A DNA stretch of 64,000 bases from Epiperipatus broadwayi (Eukaryota > Animalia > Onychophora). Numbering within the stretch: the stretch's first letter is position 1; every line of letters begins with the position of its first letter. The notes under the pieces are model-generated. The model searched no databases. It was not told the origin of the DNA and was given only the letters and a program-made list of their open reading frames with translations. The stretch spans positions 19,592,001 to 19,656,000 of the forward strand of contig JAQFVV010000001.1 of the NCBI GenBank assembly GCA_028023455.1, in the 5' to 3' direction. Position numbers and translations under genes: made by a program. Shown here in pieces: positions 53,101 through 64,000 of the stretch.

Positions 53101-56079
53101 GATTTGGTGATAGTTGCATATATAAAAATACTACTATATTTCATAAATATATTTCTAATAAAATATTTGCATTAAAAACTCTAAATAAAATTCTTTTAAT
53201 ATGAATGTGACTATAGTAATAGTAGTACTAACAGTAATAATAACAGAAAGAAAAGTAGGAGTGATAGTAATAGTAGTTTAGAAGAAGAAAAAAGCTAACT
53301 AGATTTTAAATAAAAAATAATTAAAAATTTGCTATATTTGAAATTAATTAAGAAATTAAATGAATACTTTTAAAGGTGTATTATAACGATAGCACTTTTA
53401 TTTTCCATGTACCATGACTGAAATTCAAATTTCAACTGGCTAAATCTTGAAAATTTGCCAGTTTTCAATCAAACTTAGGATCATTCAGATAAGTAATCTA
53501 TAGGCAACTAAGCTAATTATTATTAAAGAGAAGCTAAAATGAAAGTAGCAAAATCTCACTATCTGATAAGCCTGAGGTGTAAGCCTTCAACTTTATCAAT
53601 TCATTTTGAAAGGTTATGGGGTGCCAATAAAAATTACATCAGCATTTTAATAAAATCAATGTTATATTGCTTTATTTAAACAAACACAAATTTTGTGTAA
53701 GATATATATCATAAATCATAACCAGAATTTATTTATACATTTATACTTATTAAAATAAATATTTTCTTGGAAGTTCATATTCACTTGAAACACAGTTTGT
53801 TTCATTAACTAAAACAACTATGAATTAAAAAAATAAATAAATGATTTTCAACACCAAAGATGTTGTTAAAAGAGTTTTCTCTTTAAATTATTTAAAACTA
53901 AATCTTTTGTGGATCATACTTTCAAATATACAAAACAAATTAGCTTTAAATGTTTACTGAAACATTTTTTTTATTATGAGATCAATGACATATGTTATTA
54001 AATCAACACAGATTTTGACATGCAACATTTGAACATAAAAATTAAAAGTTTTTATTTATATGACAAAACCCAGTAGACATTTTTATAATGCTTGTTCTAA
54101 TTTTGACAGTAAAAATTGTTTAATAAGATTATAATAATCAACATTTATGTGATAATGGAAATAAATATAAGAAAGATGTAATTTATACAAATCACAATAA
54201 TTCAAAGATATTATCATTTGGATAAACCATCAAAGATTCTTATTGATAAAAAATTCAGATGTTTCTATTATAATTGTACCTAGATTAAATTTCAATATAA
54301 AAAAAATATTATTAAAAAAAGTTTCAAATATTTACTATAATTGATCGATGTTTATTCCCAAAAGTCAAAGTACAATTTTTCAAGTATAGAATTTAATAAA
54401 AGTACCAAAGACTGCTAGATAAACAATTGAAGCACAATTTAAATAAAAAAAAAAAGATCTGGATATCTTTGATGATATTTTGCAGCAGATTTTAAAGCTA
54501 ATATTAAGTTTACTAAGTACTTTAAGAAATTAAATAATGACTTTATATTTTCAAATAAAAAAACTTCAGTTTTTAAGGTTTAGAAATAAAATTTCCAACT
54601 TCATGGGCTGCATTAGTTTAAAATGTTTATACAGTATTTATTTTTATTAATTGATAACTCTGATATTCAATGAGAATTGTTGGATGGTTCTCTCAGAAAA
54701 AGTATAGTAGTTTTTGCTTTAGATTGCTGTTTTACCATTATCTTAATTTGTATTAGCATAGAATGTTTTAAAAAATGTAGATTTTTTTTAATTTAAAAAA
54801 ATCTGAAGAGGGCATTATCTTATGCTCAATCATTTATACTTTTTTATTCTCAAAAGAAAGATTTTTTTTAAGGGTAATTCTTGACTATGCTCAATATAAA
54901 AGTCATCATGTAACATTATCACCTGTCCAAATTAATATGCTGTTAGAATTTTGTCAAATATTTTAATAGTTTTTTGATAATTTAAAAACTTAAAATATTT
55001 AATAAAATTCTAACAGCATGTTTAATATTTGCAATTAAAATTTCAGATTTTAAAACAGACTTTGATAGATTTATCACAATTTCACTTTCATTTGCATTTA
55101 AAATAAAAACTTAAAAAAAAAAAAATTTCATTACCTGAAATAATGTTTATACTAATATCATTGTTATCATTTACATCTTCTGTTCTTATTTACAAGTTTT
55201 TAAATATTTACAAAACTCAAATATGATTTTTAAGAATATTATTCAGTTATAAAACTAAATTAAAAAAATGAAATTCAATTAAATGAGTTTTAGTATTAAA
55301 TAAAGATTTTATATAGAAGTGAAAAGTTGAGCATTTTTCAAAAACCTCCACTAGGTGTAACAATAGAAAATGTCAGAATATGAAAGCATTAAGGCAATAT
55401 TGTTGATAAATATTTTAAAATTTTAATCAAGCTAGATGGTGATGCAAATTTATAAAATAAAAAAAATAATACAGCCTGGAGAAAGTTTATTTATATAATA
55501 TTGATGAATAAAACATTACAATATTTAGTTTTGTTAATTAATATGAGCATGATCAGAAAATGAACTAAACTGTAGGCTACTGTGATTTTAAATAAGATGG
55601 CCAAAAGGCAACATCTATTAAAAAAATTAGATACAATTCTATGGATAAAAAAAATAAATTAAAAAACTATCATACATGAGATTATTATCACTAATTATGA
55701 TGAGATAGCTGGTTTCTACCTTATTTATATAATATACATTCTGGCTACTATATCTTTGCTCTTAATCAAGAAATGAACAGTTTGTAAACAGCCATTAATA
55801 TAAACCAATAAAAAGTTAATGTTTAAAGTTAACTTAACAATGAGTCTGTATTCTAAAATCACTAAGTTTATATTACCTGACAAACCAAATCCTGTTTGAA
55901 TGTTAAATTTTGTTAATACACAAAATATACCATGTGTCTGTATTTTTCAAAATATAGTTGATTTGATGTTTAACCCTTAAACCGCTAATTTTATCATTGG
56001 TTGTATCAGATAAAAATCAAATCTTTTATTTGCCACCCCCCAAAATAAGAAAAACTTTTTTTAAAAAAACTTTTCCTTA

Positions 56080-56360
56080 TAATTTTTATTCACTAAAATT
56101 TTTTAAAAATATTTAATTAATTATTTTTTTGGAAAAAAAAAATCGTTATTTATAAAAAAATTTTTTTTTTTTTTTTTTTTAAAAATAAAAAAAAAAAAAA
56201 TAATATAAAAAAAAAAAAATTATTTTATTAAAAAATTTATTTACTTTTTCTAATTAATATATAATTTTTTTAAAATTTTTTTTTTTTTTTTTTTTTTTAT
56301 TTTTAATTTTAAAATTATTAATTAATTTTATAATAATATTTTAATAAATTTTTAATTTAG
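56080..56360. repeat. Almost pure A/T homopolymer-rich low-complexity tract
   Basis: Near absence of G/C, long poly-T and poly-A runs. Confidence 0.9.
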
Positions 56361-58462
56361 GTCAGTCTTTGTTATGTAAGCATCATTTCTATATTTATCA
56401 ATACCACTTATATTTGTTAAGTTTTATGCCTTTTAATAAACTTCTGAGGCCAGTAATTGGATGCAGAGAAGACATTTATGTATTGAATTACTAACTTTTT
56501 AAAGCTGTTATCAACATTTGAATTAGTAATAAAATCAGTTTCTATTTGAATAACATTTCCAATTGTTATATAAAATCTACAGACTGCAAATCTTCTGCTT
56601 GGAATATAGAAACCATGATCAGAAAAATATATTGTGAACATAAACAATAAAATAAGAAATTGATTAAAAATGCATATTCAAAGTACAATTTTTAAAAAGT
56701 TGTTGATTCATGTCAAAAATATAGTTTAGTGGAGCAAATCTTGTAACATCAACGGTTTATTTCACTTCTGAATATGATGTCTCATTGTATTTGACTAATA
56801 TTTTTAAAAAAGCTCACAGATAATTGACTTTATCTAAAAAACAACAACAACAACACAATTTCTTCACTTTTCTATAAAACATTTAGTAGCAACATGATTT
56901 ACATAATATAATAGAAATATTTATCTTTTTCATAATCATAATGATAACACATGCACTATTATAAATTGCTTTATGCACTAATTGCTCATTTGATTTACAT
57001 TTTATTATCTCCATAATAAACATTCAAAAGTTTAATGATATACAACAGCAGTGCACAATCTGCAGGTTGTGACCACTCAAGGGATCATAGAAAAATATTA
57101 TTGGGGATTGTGAAAATTTTGAAAAGTTCACATGTGGGATAATAAATTTTTCACTGAAAAAACAAAAAACCTAAATACTATTAAAATACATAAAAACTGC
57201 TCAACTCATTGAGTATCTCACCACTTTTGTGTTTAAACAGTTCCTTTTTTATATTAACAGCACATCATGTGGCACTTTGCTTATATTGCTCTAATTTCTC
57301 TTGTTAACTCTCAAAGTTTTGTTCTTCATACTAGTAACTTTCTAATGTTGATACAAAGTATTACATTCTTGAATGTACACATTTTTACTCATGTCAACAG
57401 ATCTATTAAGAACCAAGTATTATTATATATTTTTTGTTAATATGCAGTTTTTTTAAAGATCTTATATCAAATCATATGTACTGAAATATAATATAAAGAT
57501 ATATATTTGTTTGTGATAAAATGACTTTTATTTTTAAATTATCCTTATATACTCCTAATAGAAAGGTAACAAGATATAATAGCACGTGTAAAGTTTCAAT
57601 CCGAGTACAGAGGTCACAGGTGTAAAAAAATTGTGCCACCAATGATATAGAATATTAGTGACATAAGATGTACAAGACACTTAAAAAAATAAATAGGACT
57701 GCTTATTATTAATCAGAAAAAAAAAACTCCTGTTGATGGATGAACTATATATATATATATATTTATCATAAAAAAAAAAAAAAAAAGCTTGTTTAGAGCT
57801 ATTAGCACGCTCTTAATTTTATATATATTGCACAGCAATAAATTAAGACTATGCATCTTAGGATATATCATATACACGTTTTTTAAAAAGTTTATTTAGT
57901 ACATTTTAAAATAAGAATCATCTTATAATGCATTATTTAGTGATATTTTATTACAATGAAGAATCTGCAGCATTGTCATCATTGCTTCTACTTAACATGC
58001 ACATAGAATGATTTAAAAACAAACTTAGTAAAATTTGTAATTTTTCAGGTTTTAATCAGGATTAGGATGTTTCTTTCATATAACTAATTCACAGTGTCTA
58101 CTTAACAGTGGTTGATAAGTTCATAGTCAAAAGATAAAAGATGGTTAAAAATTGCTCTAATGCTCACTACCGGTCTATTAGCAAGCCCAACGAGTAATAT
58201 TTTATCTTAAATATTACTCTTTGGGAAGTACTATTTAAAGGCTATGCAATCTATCTAGTTTCTCTAAGAATGCTTCAATACCAGACAATTATGAATTGCT
58301 CATCAGTCTAATAAAGATATTCAAATAGATGTACATACAATTAAAGAATTGAACATTTTCTCAACATATAAGGAGCGATTCTAAAATAACTAAAATTTTA
58401 TAACAAATTTTTTTTTAATTTTGAGTGTTACAAATTTAATCACTTTTAAATTACTATCCATT

Positions 58463-58467
<5 letters not shown>

Positions 58468-58509
<42 letters not shown>
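58468..58509. repeat. (TA)n microsatellite
   Basis: Uninterrupted TA run of ~42 bp. Confidence 0.98.
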
Positions 58510-58510
<1 letters not shown>

Positions 58511-61500
58511 TAGTCTAAACATGTGTTTCATTTTTCAAAGTATCCAGGAATATTTGCAAAATGATGCATTTTAATGCCTTTATCATTTTCCCCACCACTT
58601 CTAAGACAGCAAAAGAAAAAAAATTGAGACATTTTTTCATTTGAGAGATTAAAAAAAATCACATGAAGCAAGATCTAGCAAGTATGAGTAATAGATAAGC
58701 TGGGTCATGTTGAATTTAATTAAAAAATATTTCACACTCAAGGCATTCAGATTTAAAACTTTGTTGGAGTCAAACTTGCATTTTCCTTTCTTTGCCACAA
58801 AATGGGATATTTAAGTATTACTGCATCATGTAATTGTTTCAGAAACTGCAGATAAAATGTCTGACCATTATTAAATCAGAGAAAAAAGTGCTGTTTGTGT
58901 CAAAAAATAATTAGCATTGATTTGACTTTGGAATTCACTTGTGACACTTTTTAGGGACATGGCAAATTTAACATTTCAATTAAACCACTCATAACCATGT
59001 GTTTTTATGACATCAGTTGCTTGTAATCTGTTTTAAGTATTACATCTGTTTTTTCCACCACTTTCTGTAAATGAAAACATAATTTAACATTGTTCAAACT
59101 TTTCAGCTATTGAAAAAAAATGACAAATACATGTAATGCATTTTACAAAAAAAAAAAAAATGTGCTGCATAGCACCATGATTTCACATGGTGATGTCATT
59201 TGGAAATTATTGCTAAAGGACACATGTAAGAAGTATGTAACAGCTGAAGGATATACTACAACAGACACAAAAATGAGAGAATGATTCTAGTTATTTCTGG
59301 GTCTCCCTTGTATGCATTTAGTTTTCAAACAATTATAAAGGTAGTCATCAACACAACTAACTTCACTGGAAATTAATCAATCAGTTGTATTTTTCATATA
59401 TTCATAAATAACTTCGTTTTTTAGGATTAGCTAACTGTTATTTGTAGTTAAGATTTGTCATTTTATGATTCACATTCTTAATAATATAAAAGTATTGGGA
59501 GTAACTTTTATATTATTTGTGCTAACAATATACTATATATTTTTGATACGTGAACCTCCCACTCCATTATTTTGCTAACACTATATTATTGATTTTTGTA
59601 AAATTTTGACCAAAATATTTTCCACTAGAATTTTAAGGAATATAATCCTGTGGCACACTGACTATATTATAAAGTATGATCTTAGTATTATGTTTTATTT
59701 GTAATGATTATCTTTGTTTTAAAATTTTCTATAGTACAATATCTACTACTACTACTTTTTAAATTTACTTAACGAAGTACATAAGATTAAGTATCAAATA
59801 CTGCCATTATTAAATACATGTTTATATATAAAATATTGTAAATCAATTTTATGCAAACGCTTTCAATTCATAGAATTATGGGAGAAAAATTAAACAACAA
59901 TGAATGCTCTTAATATAAAATTATTTTAATAATTAAATTTTATCCTTTACATACTAAAACCACACACACGCATAAAATAACAAAAGACATAAATATATGA
60001 ACAGATGGATAGACTAACAGATAAACAAATATAAATAAATATGGATTATGCACACATAATAATAAATCTAAAAAAATATGAACTAAACTAATAACAGGAC
60101 GTTTATTTCCGAAGTATTAACTATTAAGTCAAATCAATTCTTCAATCTGTCTCCTCCAGGAACATGTTTGTGATGTTAATTTACCAACAGATGGTTCTGA
60201 AACTATTATTTTTCATCAAACATTTCAAATATATTACACATAATATACAGAAAGAATTGGCTGCATTGATATAATATTCGATTTCTCTTATCAAATTTCC
60301 ATTTAACATGTTCAATAACATATATGCAGAAAATATCAATTGAGCTGTCTTCTACCATTTTTAAAATACAAACATTTATTAACTTTTTTTTTTGCAATAA
60401 TTCAAATTCAAGTTATCTGTAATAATTCTCATTCAAAATAGATATTTTATTATTACTAAAAAGTTTACTAAGATTTTTTTTTAATAAAAAGCTTTAAGCA
60501 AATTTAAATATTATCATGATTATTAATCTGCCTGTTTTTCAGAATATTAATACACTTTTTCCAATTGAGACGAGATAGAGAAACAAATAAATATAATATA
60601 TATTTAAATTTGCTTATATATATATATTAAATTAGTTTATAAAAATGGACACATTTATTATTTTTTAATATTATTTTTTTATACGAGATTACATATAAAG
60701 TTATGAAGTAATATATCAACAATGGGTTTTAAAAAATCTTAAAAAGAAAAAAAAACGTTTAAAGTTTTCTTTTTGTAGTCAGTGCTTAGTTAATATAAAT
60801 GAGTAATGACAGGTGATTCAGGAATTGACTTGATATTGTTTCACAAATCCAATAGAGGCAGATTAAAAACAAAACACACCAAAATTAAAGCAACAAACTA
60901 CAAACAAATACTTTACAGCATATAAACACTAAAAATAGTCTTATAAAAAGTTGACACACACTTTATTAATCTTTGCTGTAGACTAGCGAGCCATTGCTAC
61001 CAAGGGTGTAGGCATTTCAATTAAAGAGAGAACTTTAGATATATTGATTAATATTTGATATAGACACAACCGATTAAAACTGTAAGAGCAAGTTGAAATC
61101 ACATGATTTAACAAATAAAAATGTCTGCATTTACATCACAGCTAAAAAAAATTAACTAAATTATTATATAAAAAAATTCATTTATATATATTGCTAACAA
61201 CTGTAAATCTATGCAAATTTTTAAATGAATATATATATCTTTGGATGAGTGGATGACCGAGGTAAAGTATGATAATTGCTTTTGTTATTATTTGATATAA
61301 AAGGCACAATTTGACTGAACAAATCATAGATCAATATTTATGACAGTTAATAAAAATATGACATATTCTTTAAACTCCAAAAGGATGCAAAGTCATCACT
61401 TAAGGCCACAATTGATGATTAAAATGAGGACATTCTAAACTTCTAAGCTTTTCTGCTCAATAAGAATTTTATAAATCTACAACGGTTAATTTTATCCTAA

Positions 61501-61657
61501 TAAAGGAAAATTTCTTGAATTAAAAGAATAAGGTATTTATTGTCAAACATGTTAAGTTAATGAAATTATAAAAATCTTATATTTTGAGAAGCAAACATAT
61601 AATTTATTATACGTGCACAAATATTAAAAATAAAAGTGTAATAGAATTTATTATTAA

Positions 61658-62670
61658 CATCATCATCATCATCAACCATTGTCAATCCACTGCAGGATGA
61701 AGGTCTCTCCAAGTGCAATCCATCTTCTCTGATCTTTAGCTTCTCTTCTCCACATCACACCTGCACACTTTCTTATTTCATCCATCTATCTCACATGTGG
61801 TCGCTTTCTGGGTCTTTTACAATTTCTTGGAACCCAGTTTAAGATTTCAATTGTCTATCCATTATCATATCTTCTAGAAATATGTCCAGCCCAACTCCAC
61901 TTCAATCTTTTAATTTTTTCAATGAGGTCAGTAACACCTGTTTGTTCTCTTACCCATACATTGCGTTTTCGATCTCTTCTTGTTACTCCCAACATGTATC
62001 TCTCCATGCTTCTTTGAGTAGTCTGAAGTCTATGTATTGCTCTTCTATTACATGCCCAAGTCTAAGGTCCATAAATAAGAACTGGTAAAACACATTTGTT
62101 AAAAGCCTTCCTTTTCAAACACATAGGCATATTTCCTTTTAGTATCAAGTTATTTCTACCAAAAGCACTCCAACCAAGTTTAATTCTATGATTAATTTCA
62201 TCCATTATGTTTCCATCTGTATTAATAATCTGACCAAGGTATTTGTAACTGTTAACTTCTTCTAATTCATCATAATCAATCTTAATTTTCATATTTTGAG
62301 CAAATTGATTAAACATTACTTTAGTTTTTTTAACATTTTTCTTTGGTCCTACTTTCCTACTTTCATCTGATAACTCCTGCAACATTTTCTGCAGCTCTGA
62401 AGCATTATTTGCAAAAACAACTACATCAGCTGCAAAATCTAAATGACTTAAATAATCTCCATTTACTTCCATTTCTTTAGTTTCCCATTTTAATCCACAA
62501 AATACTTCTTGCAGCACTGCTGTAAAAAGTTTTGGAGATATGGAGTGACCTTGTCTTATACCCTTCCCAATGTTGACTTTCATGTAATCTAATTGTTGGT
62601 GTTGCATTTTCACAAATTTTTTTAAAATATGACAATATCCTGGATCTATACCCTCTTTTGATCATGATCA
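61658..62670 (-). mobile_element. 5'-truncated RTE-clade LINE (RT C-terminal half) with (GAT)n tail
   Basis: ORF 62062-62613: GIRQGHSISPKLF, LDFAADVV, NVKKTKVM, YKYLGQ, RIKLGWSAF, KRKAFNKCVLPVLIYG. Minus-strand 3' end runs into (GAT)5 at 61658-61673. Confidence 0.92.
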
Positions 62671-63059
62671 TGATCTGGAAAATTTGATGCGGATAGTTTT
62701 TACCAGGAAAGAAAATACAGAATTGACACTTTATTGAAAACTAGCTTAGGTAAATTGTTTTGAAATGACTGATTTTCAGAGATTATCATAAAAGAAATAC
62801 TGTAATAGACCTCAGTATCCAAGCTCTAGTTCACTAACTCTCTGTTGGTAATAGGCAAGGATTTAAGAGATGTTCTTGTAAAACACATTGTACAAATAAG
62901 AAATGTAACGGTTGCAAAAATCAAATTCTTTGATTTGTTTGAATGACATATAGATTTATTTTTATGTAGTCCAGACAAATCTTGTGAAAATCATTAATTA
63001 TTGTTTATTTATTAGATATATTTAATTAAAAGTATATTATATATACTTTAAGCTAGATA

Positions 63060-63125
63060 TAATTAGACGGGATTTGAATCCAGATTTTCAAGCTTGAAAG
63101 TATGGATAGGATTCCCATCTAATTA
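63060..63125. mobile_element. Palindromic MITE (minimal form) of the 25425 family
   Basis: taatta-gacgggatttgaatccagattttcaag|cttgaaagtatggataggattcccatc-taatta. Confidence 0.7.
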
Positions 63126-64000
63126 GTTGTAATGTAAGCTAGTTGATGATAATATTTTTCTTGTGTTTTTACAAAGTACATAACTAATTTTATATAATAA
63201 AAGCTCTTGAATTAAAACTGTGTTATTACTTCACCCTTTTAGATGCTGTAACTATGCACGTAATTCGTGAAATGAGTAGAAAACAATGCATATTTCACGA
63301 ATTATGTAAAATTCTACACATTTTATGAACAGTACACTCACTTAAACAGTTCACGAAATAAGCAAAAAATTGTAAATTCTATGAATTGTAGAATTTCATA
63401 ATCTGCACATAACATATATACTTATCATATATGCACACTAAATATACGCACATATTTAGAAAAAAAAAAAACACGTAATTAATTCAATTGAAATCATTAA
63501 AAAGGAAAAAAAAGAATTCCTATTTATAACAGATTTAAAATTCATTTTCAAATTTTTTAATCAGAATTACAGCCTTAAAGAAACAAAAAACTAATCATGA
63601 TTAAATTTTGATAGATTCCCAGTTAAAAAAAGAGGATTTTTACACCGTTTCAGTAAAAGTAAGTAATTGTTTTGAATTATTGTTTTAATTACTGCTTTTT
63701 AAAAAATGTACCTACATAAAAAAATTCTATAGCATATTTATATAATATATATAAATATTGTTATCTATACAAAACTATAAATAATAAAATCAAGATTTAT
63801 TTAAATTTTCAGCAGAATCTGAGGATAAAAGAAAGATCTATCATCGTTATTTGCTTATGATATCTTGCGATCGCAGTTATCAACTATTATATTGGTAATA
63901 AATTAAAAAAATGTTTTTACTAACTTCTATTTTTATCTTCAATTAAATATTTTTTGAATCACAGATATAAAACCACGAATACAGAAGTTATTAGTACAGC

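Noticed and set aside
55135-55190. Candidate upstream INTU exon (TEDVNDNNDISINIIS, cag|gtaatg donor)
   Set aside because: Weak acceptor, in-frame stop just upstream, and no recognisable INTU similarity.
55876-55937. Candidate INTU exon THGIFCVLTKFNIQTGFGLS with a phase-compatible donor
   Set aside because: Only vague resemblance to Longin-2 (LCVLL); cannot be supported without an alignment.
58230-58260. LFKGYAI word resembling INTU Longin-2 (LFYKGYLI)
   Set aside because: It is on the + strand (the wrong strand for INTU) and has no splice context.
3680-60397. Most 60-120 aa ORFs in the supplied track (e.g. 3680, 7225, 9623, 12256, 20556, 33705, 56417, 60206)
   Set aside because: I/L/F/Y/N-rich compositions expected by chance in ~75% AT DNA, antisense shadows of TE frames, or microsatellite translations; no motifs.

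Overview
Very AT-rich (roughly 25% GC), largely CpG-depleted eukaryotic (animal, probably invertebrate) genomic DNA. The backbone is four minus-strand coding exons (48611-48756, 34820-34914, 13378-13567, 41-186) that splice in frame into the C-terminal linker and Longin-3 region of Inturned (INTU). They are separated by 13-21 kb introns packed with transposon debris: Penelope-like, L1/Tx1-like, RTE, Ty3/gypsy, hAT/Buster, MITEs and foldbacks. Highlights: (1) three insertions of a ~454-bp non-coding element carrying a minimal type I hammerhead ribozyme, each with an inverted arm and an 11-14 bp TSD (retrozyme / Penelope pLTR-like family); (2) a truncated Penelope GIY-YIG element whose 3' end carries a U3-A8 compensatory-variant hammerhead; (3) a decayed carboxylesterase gene nested antisense in the 21-kb intron, with a CpG-retaining signature; (4) a ~4.6-kb local duplication whose two copies give filled and empty sites for several insertions. 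Most ORFs in the supplied track are spurious. All homology calls come from motif recognition by eye, not database searches.
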